This document shows positions 13,633 to 25,885 of a stretch of DNA of 64,000 nt, piece after piece. The stretch lies in the NCBI RefSeq assembly GCF_009914755.1, contig NC_060925.1, one strand, 5' to 3'. Position numbers and translations under genes: made by a program. Positions within the stretch are counted from its first letter, which is position 1, and each line of letters starts with the position of its first letter. The DNA is from the human T2T-CHM13v2.0 reference genome, Homo sapiens. A model generated the notes under the pieces. The model worked only from the letters and a program-made list of their open reading frames with translations, had not been told where the DNA came from and ran no database searches.

Positions 13633-15144
13633 AACTGGAATGGGCAATTAAAATATCTGTTGATAAAAACTGGTGATGATGAGGTCATGAAGGACTACCT
13701 GGCCGGATTGGGTGAATTTAAAGCAGAAAAACCCATTGGGAAGAATTTTGGTAAATGGTTGTAGGGATAAAGAGAAGATTGATGATGCATTTGCACAACT
13801 TTATCTTTCCAACAAAAATTTTCTTTTATCTTGCCAGATCAAGTTGTATCAGCTACAATAGCATATCCCAGCATAGGGAGGCATCACCACTCAGGATACT
13901 ATTTCAATCCCTGTGAATTTGACTTGCATCCTGGTAAGGAAACAATGGACTTGATAGTGACTCCATCTCATGCATAAAGTAGGACTGGCTGTAAGTGTTG
14001 CTCCATTGCCTACAAGTGGGGTGGTCCCATCACTACTTATATTTATAGTTCTTCTTCCTGGGGAAGGCCTGGCAGGGTTATTCCAGCTATTTGCCTTATG
14101 TAGGTAAGCAGTAGAGACACACCCAAGGAGTAAAATCTGGTAATAAGTAGGTAACAAATGGAAAGCAAAGGGGGAATTGTGGCAGATGAGAAAGGTGTGC
14201 ATAAAATGTGTAATGATGCTGAGAATGAACACATCACTTTTATCCTAAGAGAATATCTCAGAACAAGACGAAAACACTCTTAACAGTTTCTGTATTCTGT
14301 AGTACCAAGTAATTGCCAGCTCAGAAAGAAGATCCTAAAATTTTCTCCCACTGGAAAGGAGAATGGCATTGAAGCCAAGCTACAAGATTAGGCCAAGAAC
14401 TCTGCTTAGGTTATTTACTGAAAAGACATCAATTACCCTCGATGACCTACCTTTATATTAACTGGTTGAAATTTTCATTTGAATCTCATTTTGTTGGTTA
14501 CATTTATCGTAGTAGTTCTGTTGTAGGCTGGAGAGAAATCTTACCCTTGAGCTGAGCTGGTTGTATTGTGACTCTCAGCTGGGTATGGCTATGAAGAAAA
14601 ATGTGCCATCACTGCATTTCTAATAGGCTGGAATCCCCTTTGCTCTTTTCAATAAATCACATGTGAATGTGGAAGAAATATTAAACAAATAGGACATTGG
14701 AATGGAGTCCAAGAGAGTAAACTATTGCTTGATATGATGATCAAATATCACTGATGGATTTGCCTTTGAAACTTTGAAAAGAATGATTATGGGCAGTCTT
14801 ATGCATATTAAATTGAACTGCACCTAGGAGTCATCATGTTCAACTGACAATCTTCTGGAAGATCAGTATTTTGGGTGCCAATTATATACTTCAACAGCAC
14901 TCACAGCATAAAGAGTTAGTAGCAACTATACTTACGGCATTAACTAAAACCAGCTCCAACATGCTAAGAGGGATTTGGGATCCCTGGGAATTAAATTTGA
15001 TGTGGTAATGAAGTGCAGATGGTTTTCTGGAGGCTCATTTTTGTGAGAACGAATTTTAACTCATGGTCACTAGAAGGAATTATTTCTCAGGAATCTTGCC
15101 TGTGCTGGGTAGGCCAGTTAGACAATAAAACTATTTGAAATTTA

Positions 15145-15262
15145 AAAAGAAAGAAAAGAAGGAAGGAAGAAATAGGGGAAGAAAAGAAGAAAGGAAGTAA
15201 AAGAGGAGGGAAGGAATTAAAGAAGGTAGGAAGGAAAGGAGGGATGGAAGGAGAGAGAGAAA
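15145..15262 (+). repeat. GA-rich low-complexity tract
   Basis: (GGAA/AAAG)-like purine run. Confidence 0.8.
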
Positions 15263-15896
15263 CAGTGGGGCTGGGTAAACTAGAGACTTTGGCTGTGGAA
15301 ACACTAGTGTCAACCTACTATGGCAAGCTATTACTGGGAATGCAGTCTTTACTGCTAATTTCTTATAACCAGAGTACCCAACTTTAAAAGAAAGCCATAT
15401 TCCTTATGGTGAAATTGGTTGAGATTGGACAGATTAAGTATCAACACCATTTCCTTTCTATGGGAAACAGATGCTACTTAAAAGCCTTTATCAGTAAAAC
15501 CTTATTCTGTAAAGGCTGGCATATGTTTTTCTCTCAGACCAGATGGTACTTGGAATTTACAGAGCAGTGGCCTCTGGTAACTACCCCAGTTACAGGAAAA
15601 TATATAGCATGCAGAAAATGGAATATTTACTGGGATGGGTAGTAAAATGACACAGTAGTATTATTGATGTGTAGTGTGTTAAGCATTATTTAAATTTCCT
15701 ACCATAACTCTTTGGTGCAATAATGGATATATAGACTCATTTTCACATTACTATGAAAATAAAACTTTCATAGATAGTGAACTTTCACAATGCAATGATC
15801 TCCCATTTGACTAATTACCTATGGAAGCTAACTGTCCAGAGGAAGAAGTAAATTTAATTTTGGAAAAGTATACATGCAGTTGAATGCCTCTATCAA

Positions 15897-16020
15897 CATC
15901 TACAAAATATGCAAGTAATTGTGAATAAAAACATAAAGTAGTCCATCTATTAAAAAATCATCTACAAAATATGCAAGTAATTGTGAATAAAAACATAAAG
16001 TAGTCCATCTATTAAAAAAT
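15897..16020. repeat. Perfect 62-bp tandem duplication
   Basis: 15897-15958 is identical to 15959-16020. Confidence 0.97.
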
Positions 16021-16781
16021 ATCAAAACACTTGTATGTTGTATGTTCTTGGTAAACGTATTTTGCTGAAGGAATTCCAACTCTATATTTAATGATGCAGA
16101 TCTTGGTGGCCTTCCATTTTAATGTTTTAGTACTTCTGTTTTTGTCTATTAAGCATTGTTGAAGTTGCTTTAATAATAAGCAACTTCATATAATCTAATA
16201 AGAATTATTAGAAAATGTCTTAGGAATAGGCAGCAATGATATATTGACAAGTTTTCGGAAAGGAAGGTTTAACAGCTAGTTTTAGGATTACCTGGGGAAT
16301 TGACTATTGGTCAATTTTCTTTGTAATGAACACAGAGTTCAAGATAAAGGAGAATCTGTTAAAAATTCTGGAGCATACCAAGTGCATGTTATTGAATAAC
16401 GAGGAAACAGCATTGATGAAATGTAGCTTCCTCAGAGAGTAGGAAGGGGAGGAAGGGTCTGCATGAGTAGCTGTGTGTAAAAGGTAAAGGCCTTTCAGGG
16501 ATGATGGCTTCCTTAAGCCGAGGTTATCCTCAGATATGTAGCTTCCTCTCTCATGTGAAATGACAGAAACAAACCAACCAAACAAAAAGCCAGCATTCAA
16601 TAAACTAATTATCTTGAACTAGATTTGGCCCCCTAAAATATAATCCTCTTCCAAGCCTAAGTACAACCAACTCAGAATCCTCTTATGAGCTCATCAAAGC
16701 TCAGTTAATCACTGCTATAAAACACCAGAAATAACCGGAGCATGGCCAAAAATCTTATAGTCTGGCGTTATATCATTATTA

Positions 16782-17145
16782 TAATGTTGCTGAGTAGGTT
16801 TAATACTTTCTGTATGGATCAACTTAATTGTTGACACTAGAGTAGGTCTAACACTTTAGACCTACTCACTAACATTGACCCATTATTCTAATGTCAGTGA
16901 GTAGGTCTAATACTGTATGGGTCAACAGCTACTTATTGTTGACATTACTAATACTGTATAATCTAATACTATTGGGTCAACGTTACCGATTATTAACATT
17001 ATTGTGAGACCTACTCACAATAATGAGTAGGTCTATAATGTGAGACCTACTCATTATTGTGAGACCTACTCACAGTAATGTTAGTGAGTAAGTCTAATAC
17101 TGTATGGGTCAACTTAATTGTTGACTTTAGACTTTATGTGAGTAG
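16782..17145. repeat. Scrambled direct/inverted repeat mosaic of a GAGTAGGTCT-centred motif
   Basis: Core motif on + at 16792, 16840, 16899, 17025 and 17086; on - at 16858, 17007, 17043 and 17062. Confidence 0.9.
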
Positions 17146-17179
17146 AATCACACAGAATGTACTCTTTTTTGTTTTTTTG

Positions 17180-20100
17180 CTCTGTAGTTTTTTTTTTTTT
17201 TTTTAGTGTTCTTTCCTGGCATTAGTATCAGGGTGATATTGGCTTCATAGAATGAGTTAGAGAGGATTTTATCTTTCTCAATCTTATGAAATCGTTTCAG
17301 TAGGATTTGTGGCAACTCTTTTTTGAAGATCTGGTAGAGTTTGGCTGTTAATCCATGTGGCTTTGGGCTCAGTGTTTGTTGGCAATTTTTTAAATGACTG
17401 ATTCAACCTGACTGCTTGTTATTGGTCTGTTCAGGATTTCTATTTTTTCCTTGTTCAAGCTAGAAGAGTTGTATGTTTCCAAGAATTTATCTATTTCCTC
17501 TAGATTTTCTCATTTGAGTGTATAGAGGTGCTCATAGTAGTCTCAAATGATCTTTTGTATTTCTGTGGCATTGTTTGTAACGTCTCCATTTTCTTTTCTA
17601 ATTAAGCTTATTTGAATTTTCTCTCTTCTTTTTTGGTTAATCTAGCTAATATTCTATCAATTTTATCTTTTCATAAAGCCAAGTTTTTGTTTCATTGGTC
17701 TTTTGTAATTTTTTTGTTTCAATTTCATTTAGCTCTGCTCTGATCTTCATTATTTCTTTTATACTGCTAGCTTTGGGTTTGATTTGTTCTTGTTTCTCTA
17801 GTTCGTTGAGGTGTGACATTAAGTTGCCAATTCGTGATCTTTCAGACTTTTTGATGTAGGCTTTTCGCACTCTGAACTTTCCTCTTAGCACTGCTTTTGC
17901 AGTATCCCAGAGGTTTTGATAACTTCTGTCACAATTTTTATGCATTTCAAATCATTTTTAAATTTCCATCTTGATTTTATTTTTAATCCCAACATCATTC
18001 AGGAGCAGATTGCCTAATTACCATGTATTTGTATAGTTTTGAGTTTCCTCTTGGAGTTGATTTCTACTTGTATTCCACAGTGGTCTGAGAAGAACTTGAT
18101 ATAATTTTGATTTTTAAAAATTTATTAAGACTTGTTTTGTGGCCTACTGTATGGCCCATATTGGATAATGTTTCTTGTGCTGACAAGAAGAATGCATATT
18201 CTGCGTTGCTTGAGTAGAATATTCTGTAAATATCTCTTAGGTTCATTTATTCTACAGTGCAGTTTAAGTCCAGTGTTTCTTCATTGACTTTTTCCTTGAT
18301 GATCTTTCTAGTACTGACAATGGAGTATTGAAGTCTTTCTCTATTATTGTGTTGCTGTCTTTTTCCTTAGGTCTAGCAGTAACTGTTTTATAAATCTAGG
18401 AGCTCCAGTGTTAGGTGGATATATATTTAAGGTTATAATATCTTCTTTTCAGATCGATCCTTTTCATCATGTAATGATATTCTTTGTCTTTTTTTTTAAC
18501 TTTTGTTGCTTTGAAGTTGTTTTAGCTGATCTAAGAAGAGCTATTCCTGCTCACTTTTGGTTTTCATTTGTGTAAAATATCTACCTCCACCCCTTTACCT
18601 TGAGTCTGTAAGAATCCTTACATGTTAGGTGAGTCTCTTGAAGACAGCAGATATTTGGCTTGTAATTGTTAAAATCCATTCTTTCAATCTATCCTTTAAG
18701 TGGAGCATATAGAACATTCACATTCAACATTACTATTGAGATATGAGGTACTGTTCCAGTCCTCATATTGATTGTTAACTAGATACTCTCCCCCACCCCT
18801 TGAGGATGTGACTATAATGATTGTATTTTATTGTAACCTAATATGGTTCTGAGTGCTTTCAATGGTGATGACTCTGTATGAGTTCCTTAGTTTTAGACAG
18901 TCTTTCTATGATGGCATACTTAAAGGATAGTTGTGGTAGCAATGTGCTCTGTGTGTGAGTAGATTCACTGTCTCCTGTGGGGTTGAAATGGCAGAGGTTT
19001 CTTGATGTTTATCCTGTTTCCCTGTGGTGTGCTCTTATTTATTTATTTTCCTCAGTATTTTATATACTGGATTGACCAGTTCAGGCTTCAGGTCAGTAGG
19101 GGAGGTATCCACGAGTGAAAACCAGCTTTTGATAAACCAAGTGGGTAAATGCAATACCCAATGGTGGACAGGGGTCCCATCGTTGAGAGAGCTGTCTGGG
19201 GGAGCTCTCAGTGAAACACACTGAGGTCTTTTCACAGGGGAAGCGAGGGAGCTACCTCAGATCCCCTGCCAAGCCAGCAGGAAAATGACCTGCCTCCTAT
19301 TTGTACTCCTGACCCAGTGTTCCAGCTATTCAGATCAGACAGGCATCTCTTTTCATCTGCAGGAATGCTGATGTTTCACATAGAGAGAGATTGACTCTGC
19401 CTCTTGTGCAAGCCTGAACCTGGAGGGCACTCCACCTGTGGGGGTGCAGTCATCCTGAAGTGTTCCAGAAAGGCTGTCTACAGGTGTGCCCATGCCAAGC
19501 TCCTGTGGGAGAAGCTCCAGCTGTGCCTTTGGGGGTGGGTGAGAGGGAGAAGCCCCCTTCTCCAAGGCCCTTCATGAGCACAGGGCTGCCTGACTGTTGG
19601 GGTAGAGCTGACCCCATCACTGCACCTGTGCCTCTGCTGAAAGAAACTTCCCGCAAGTGGAAAGTTCTGGGACTCAAGCCCTGCTGTCTGGATTCTTTTG
19701 TCTCACAGGGTGTTCTCTTAATGTGGTATGTTCTCCCTTTCCCTAGGAGCAGGAGTCCCTGCCAGTCAGAGTACTGTGAATGCTGCTACTCCTCGGGGTC
19801 TAGCTACCCTGTGAGGCTGCTGCACACCAGGCTGGTGTTGGGGAATGTCTGCAAGGGATGTAGTGATGTGACCTATCCTCAAGTCTCCCAGCAGCAGCTG
19901 CTAGCACCAGCTCTGATGGAGGTGGCAAGGGAGTGCCATAGACTTGGTGAGATTCCTTGTTAATAGCCTTAGTGGGTCAGCTTTCTCAAGTGACAGCTGT
20001 AGTAGTAATGAACTGGTAAAATAGACAGACTCAGGACCTTCTGATTAGCCAAGGCGATGCAGGCACTTGTGATAGCTGGGTTCACTCACAAGTTTTCTCT

Positions 20101-22020
20101 TTCCTGGGCACTGTGCTATTCTACCTGCAAATGTTGTCAGGGACTGTCATTTGGCTTCCAGCCAGGAGGTGGCACTTGCAAAAGAGCTGCGCTGGTAGCA
20201 GTGGTATTCATGCTTGCCTTATGTTACCCAAGGGATATACTCTGGAGTCTCAGGCAATAGGTGGGGCCTTAGAGCTCCCAAAAGTTTCTGTCTTTTGTGC
20301 GAAGCTACCAGAGCGGGTGGAGGGGCAAGCCAGGTTGGGGCTGGGTCAGGAAAGTCTTATGCTCTGGCTTTTCGCCAGCAAGCAGTGGCCCCAGTAGGGA
20401 TCATTAGGCAGTTTTCTGGTTGGTGGGGTAATGTTCTAGGGAGGAACCCAGCCGCCTCTGCTGCACAGAAGAATCCACATGGGGATTTGGGAGTAGCAGG
20501 CAACAGTAAGCCCCATGTAGAAAGGCAAGTCTTATACCTGCAGTGTTTCACTAGCAGTAGCTAGGTTCCAGGCAGTCTGCACTCAGAACTCAAAGCTGCC
20601 TCAGGCCATAAGCTTTCCCCAGGTATTAGCGGTGGAAGGTACCCAAGTCACAGCACCAAAATATGTTACAGGCAGAAATTATTCGAGTTACCAGTGGCGA
20701 ATCTCCATAGATCTGCAGCAACCTCAATTCTTGCCTCCTTAGAAGAAAGAGTTTAACTGAGGGGCATAAGGCGGAAAGAGACCGAGACAAGTTTCAGAGC
20801 AGGAGTGGAAGTTTATTAAAAAGCTTTAGAGCAGGAAAGAAAGGAAAGTACACTTGGAAGAGACCCAAGCAGGCATCTTGGAGGTCAAGTGCCCTGTTTA
20901 AACTTGAACCTAGGATTTTATATGTGGGCCTATTTTCGGTGTCTTGTGCTCCTTCCCCTTCATTCTTCCCTTAGGGTGAGATGCCCACATAGCGCTACCC
21001 TGCTTGTGCTTGGGAGGTGAGCATGTGTAGTTTACTGGAGTTTGTACGCATGTTCACGAGTCTTTCTTCCCTTTTTTGGTGGGATGCCCCTGGAAAGTCA
21101 TTCTCCGCCATTTTGCCTCTTAATGAGCATGCACGAGCCCACTTGCCCAGTTCCTGAGATCTTATAGGAAGCTGCTGATTATCAATTTTAGGTGTTTTTA
21201 TCTACTGGAAAACTGCCTCTCCATGGCACTGGCTGCAGCCAATGATCATTTAGGAGAGGCAGTGTGACAACTGCTGGACCATCACTTGATGGTCTCCTGG
21301 CATTCCTGGTAAGTCGAGGGAGCCCTCTCTTTTCCTGCTCATGTCTGACTACCCACCTACTGTAGCAAAGGGAGAAATAAAATATGGTTTTCAGGCCATG
21401 CCTTTTCAGTCAGCCTGTGAAGCAGGGACAACCAGCTCCTGTGCCTATAACTACAGCACACTTCCCGCTAGCCCCTTGGTTCTAGTCGAGGAGATTCATC
21501 CCCACTCCAGATTATATTGCAAATCTCAGTTGGGCGTTTTTTTCTACCTGACTGCCACCTGAGTTAGCTGGCCAACTTCCACAAGGCCCCCTGTGAGGTA
21601 CAATCAGGAATAGCTTCTCTCTGTCCCCTCTGGAGACTGGGTGTGCATGCAAAGCATGTCTTGCTGCTGCTCTTTCTCATATACTTCCCACCGCTCACTA
21701 AATCAGCTCCAGAGCTGGGTGGGGTTAAGGCCTTCCCTCATCGCCCTGATTGACAGGTTTCCCGGTGGGACTTTACCTCCCAGAGGTAGTCTCTCCCCTT
21801 CTCACACTCTGTGACTTCTCACACTCTGAAAACTCCACCTGGCTCAGGTGTAGGCTGCAGCCTGCCACTTCTTTCAAAGGGTCTGTGATTTGTTTCAGTT
21901 TTCCTGTTAATTATCTGTGTTGCTTTTTGGAAAAATTTCACAGTATGAATCTCTACACACTATTTTGTTTTTCCAAGTGGAAGAGGCATGCTAACAATGC
22001 CTCACATCTGCCATGTTGGA
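17180..22020 (-). mobile_element. Old L1 (L1PB/L1MA type): 5'UTR plus 5' part of ORF2; ORF1 missing; 3'-truncated
   Basis: ORF2 peptides (YQNLWDTAKAVLRGKF, ORF 17646-17945); 5' terminus tccaacatggcagat near 22020; long GC-richer 5'UTR at 18790-22020. Confidence 0.8.
20624..21367 (-). mobile_element. ERV1 solo LTR (MER50-like) inserted in the L1 5'UTR
   Basis: ~745 bp; ctgcagcaacctcaattcttgcctcc...gtttattaaaaagctttagagcagg; ends cctactgtagca; imperfect 4-bp TSD cagg/aagg. Confidence 0.75.
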
Positions 22021-22286
22021 AAGAAAAAAGACAAAAAGACAAAAAACAAAACCTGACTTCTTTTACGCAGCCTGAATATTTGAAATTCATCTATGTTGTT
22101 GCATCGATCAATAGTTCCTTTCTTTTTATTGCTATTATTCCACTGTATGTATTTACTATAATTTCTTTATTAATTTATCTGTTAACTGACATTTGCATTG
22201 TTTCCAGTAAAGTTGATGATATGCAGACCTGATGAGCTAGCTCTTTGACTCTTAGTCATACACCTTAGGGAAACTTTTTGCATATC

Positions 22287-22395
<109 letters not shown>

Positions 22396-23382
22396 CTTTG
22401 CAGTAACCTTGTTCATAATAGTCCCAAACTGGAAACAACTCACATGCCATCAATAGTAGAATATATTATCATGGTATATTACATAGAGCATTTTATTTCA
22501 TGTAGCAACAAAAACTAAAGAACTATATACTGCAATGTACATGAATCTTACAAATAAAACATCAACCCGAAGGAGAAAGGCATGAATGATTCAATACATT
22601 ATGAATAGATTTATAGAAATCTCACAAAGGTTTTAAATAAAAGAAAGTGAAGAATGATTATAAAGATGAAGATGGTGTTTACCTTTCAAGGGGAAGGAGT
22701 TGTGAACAGTGAGGGACTTACCGGGTGCTTCTTTAGGGGCTAAAAATGTTGTTTGTTTTGAACAGGGTAGTGGTGAAATGGGCATTTGTTTTACAATTAT
22801 TTTTAAGAAGAGTGTGTGTGTGTGTGTATGTGTATATGTATATATATATTACTTTTCTGCATGTATTGTATATTTTATAATTAAAACAGAAAAAAGTGAG
22901 AAGTTATATCTACACAAAATTTGAAATTAGGCAAAACTCTGTCTGAATTCCTACTCTGCCTGATAATTTGTGAGCTTCTAAAAGTCTCTAGTTTCTCCAT
23001 CTATAGATGAGGATGACAACAGTACTGAATTCAAAGCTATGTTGTAAGAATGAAATTAGGTAATACGTATAAACTAGATTGCTGGTGCCTTCACTTAGAA
23101 AAACAAACTCAAGTGCCAATGGACATTGCCAATCCTGTATAACAACAAACTGATAACTTACTATGTCTTTCTTGAGTAAATTTAATTTTATCGTAATTGA
23201 AAATAAAGATAAGACGTGGTAGCTCATAAGAAAATGAAAGACTGAAAGTTGAATTATAAATTGGTATCAGGGTTTTCCTTTTCTTATTTAAGTATGCAGT
23301 TTTCTTTTGACTTCAAGAGGATATATCTCAAATAAATTCAAAATTTAAAGAAGGAAAGAAACTTATTAAATGGCTTGGTTAC

Positions 23383-23401
23383 GTCTGCCCCCTAGTGGTC
23401 A
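23383..23401 (-). promoter_or_regulatory. Candidate CTCF binding site
   Basis: The - strand reads TGACCACTAGGGGGCAGAC, close to the CTCF core CCAC(C/T)AGGGGGC(G/A); it lies in apparently unique sequence. Confidence 0.65.
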
Positions 23402-24083
23402 ATGCTCTACAACCTACAGAGATGCTGAAGATAGAATTCTGGTTTGAATAAAAACGACTAAGGCTAATTCTTAACAAATAACTGTCACAACTAAAACTGT
23501 TTAAATTTGTAATGTGATTAAAACAGGCAATATTTAAATGCAAAATATTTTCATCCTGGCGTTGAATATGCAATAGTATTCGGAGATACTGTGTTCTGTA
23601 CTACATTTTGATATTTCTGGCATTATATCAAACTGATTATTCACGCACATTTGCACTTTAGGCTGACATCAATGCATCTTATTTTAGCATATTTGTCAAC
23701 CTGTAGGATAGACATTTAAATGTACAATACTCAGAGATTATAGTGATCAATAAATACGTAAAATAAGTACTTTGGCCGTTTACTTTTTCTAACTATGATT
23801 CCTTATTACATAACTTTTGGATAACAAAGTTTTGAAGTGACTTATACATGCATGTGATTTGTACAGACATTTTCAGTCAGAACAAACATACTTCAAGTGC
23901 CGCTTTCCCTCAGTTTTAATTTACAGTGGATTTAGGATTTTTCTATAAGAACCAAGAGTTTGCAAGTTGGTCACTACAGCAGATTGCTATGGAAACATGA
24001 CAATATGCCAATGCTTTATTCACAGAGATGTACAATGGACTCCTTTCAGTTACATGGTAGTAACTCCAGACTTCTTAGGATAG

Positions 24084-24665
24084 TATATCAGTCAGGGTTC
24101 TCCAGAGACAAAGAACGAATAGGATATCTATGTCCCTGAGAGGGAATGTTTTAGGGGAACTGGCTCACGTGATTATGGAGGCTGAGAAGCCACATGACAG
24201 GCCATCTGCAACCTGGAGACTATAGGATGATGGTAGCATAGCTCAGTTCAAGTCTGAAGACCTCAGAACCAGGGAAGCTGATGGTGTTACTTTCAGTCTA
24301 AGGCCAAAGACCTGAAAACCTGTGCCAGGGTAAGAAGTGGGAGCACTTGGCGCTTGTGCAAATCCCGGAGTCCAAAGGGTCAAGAGCCTGGAGTTCTGAT
24401 GTTCAAGGACAGGAGAAGGAAGGTGAGTCAGCTCCAAGAGAGAAAGATAATTTGCCTTTTCTCTGCCTTTTTGTTCTATCTGGGCTCCCAGTTAATGGAA
24501 GGGTGCCCATCCACATTAAGGGTGGATCTTCCTCACTCAGTCAACCAATTCACGTGCCAATCTCCTGCTGAAACACTTTCATAGACACACCTATAAATAA
24601 TGCTATACCTGCTATGTAGGTATCTCATAATCCAGTCAAGGTGAAATCTAAAATTAACCATCACA
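24084..24665 (-). mobile_element. MLT2 (ERVL) solo LTR
   Basis: tcagggttctccagaga...aattaaccatcaca termini are typical of reverse-orientation MLT2. Confidence 0.85.
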
Positions 24666-25743
24666 GATGGCTTCTTAAACTGAAATTGATTTCTCTGTCA
24701 TCTGTCCTCTGCTGATTCTTTGTCGATACTGGTTTTAGGTTCAAGCATTATCATACTATATGTTAATTACTTAGCTTTGTGGAGTTATGCATTATGACAC
24801 TATATGTTAGTTATTTCACAATATGTCTCTGTACTTGGCTACACTGCTTTTTGTGGTCATGGGTTCAATTAGCATAATTTCTGCCCGTAATAGATGTTCA
24901 ATAGCGTTTTGGAAGAGTAAATGAAGTGATTAGAAAGCATAAGGGCTTGTAGGATGTGAACCTGATTTGTTAAAAGCCAATTGAGAACAACAACAAAACA
25001 ACTATTTTTAAATGTAAAGGACTAAACTAGGAAAAGGCAAAGAGAGATGGAGCTGAAGCCATTATCCATTTTGTTAGCCAATATTAATGAACATCTGTGT
25101 TTATCAGACTTAAGGCAGAAAATGAAAGCAACTCCGGGTCTTGTAACAAAGGTCATTTAAGGAAGAAAGTTGGCTACAAAAGTGCTGAGGAAGATGAGAA
25201 GGTAAATCAAGGTAGAGAATCAAGGCAAGGTTAGCTAAAAACTGGAAGCCATTACCACCCTGAGGGCAGGAGGCACAGTGTGAAGAGGTGCTGTTACCAG
25301 AACCAAGAAGCTGAAGCTCTTTGGAGGAAACCATAGTGAGAGCTTCCTGGTGAGAAATGAAACTGCTGGGGGTGATGGGGGAGGGCTGCCAGATGGAAAC
25401 TGTAGCCATGGAGGCATAGTTGTTTCTAGAAGTCAAGGCCAAGAGAGTGAGAGAGGAGTAGACATACCCTAGGGTGTCTGCACTCTAGCCCTGAAATATC
25501 TAGCCAGTATTTCCCATTGTCCAGACCAAGGCATAAACCAGTGAAATGGGGAGTCTGGAAAATGCAGTCTGCAGGGATGGGCATTCCTGTGAAATAGACC
25601 AGAATTGGATGCAAGTCTGAGGAACAGATCTGGAGGCAAAAATGTTACTCACCATTCCATAATCCCTCGTTTTCTCCACTCCTTACATTCCAACCTCTCT
25701 GGTCTTTGTTCCATTCCTAAACACAGGATTAATGTTCATGCTG

Positions 25744-25885
25744 TTGGGTGCAGTGGCTCTCGCCTGTAATCCCAACACTTTGGGAGGCCAAGATGGGTGA
25801 ATCACCTGAGCTTAGGAGTTTGAGACCAGCCTGGGTAACATAGTGAGACACTAGTGTCCAAATAATAAATAAATAAATACATAAA
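25744..25885 (+). mobile_element. Free left Alu monomer (FLAM)
   Basis: Single Alu arm with an (AAAT)n tail. Confidence 0.85.

Larger units (their letters stand above)
11745..14270 (+). mobile_element. Decayed ERVL-class internal pol (RNase H, integrase, dUTPase-like), interrupted by MER1A and the RPL23 retrocopy
   Basis: Ordered degenerate motifs: EGKVRSTKWAKLKAVYL (11761-11811), HVSGHQ (11991), WVHE (12087), QVDY (12256), WVLTRIN, ISLNQ (12968), WTY (13039) and NWNGQLK (13633). These compare with ERVL WAELRAV, HVSAHQ, WAHE, WQVDY, VLTGID, IASDQ, WSY and ERWNGLLK. Confidence 0.8.

Noticed and set aside
14300-15120. Possible env remnant after the ERVL pol
   Set aside because: No furin site, immunosuppressive domain or CX6CC motif could be read.
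16782-17145. CRISPR-like array or minisatellite
   Set aside because: Eukaryotic context, mixed orientations, no constant period and no unique spacers.
17188-17204. Poly-T run suggesting a prematurely polyadenylated L1
   Set aside because: It corresponds to an A-rich stretch internal to ORF2, and L1 homology continues past it (tctgtag), so it is not a tail.
19353-22232. Long ORFs (167, 160 and 116 aa) on both strands
   Set aside because: They lie in GC-richer L1 5'UTR or LTR sequence with no recognisable protein; likely chance ORFs.
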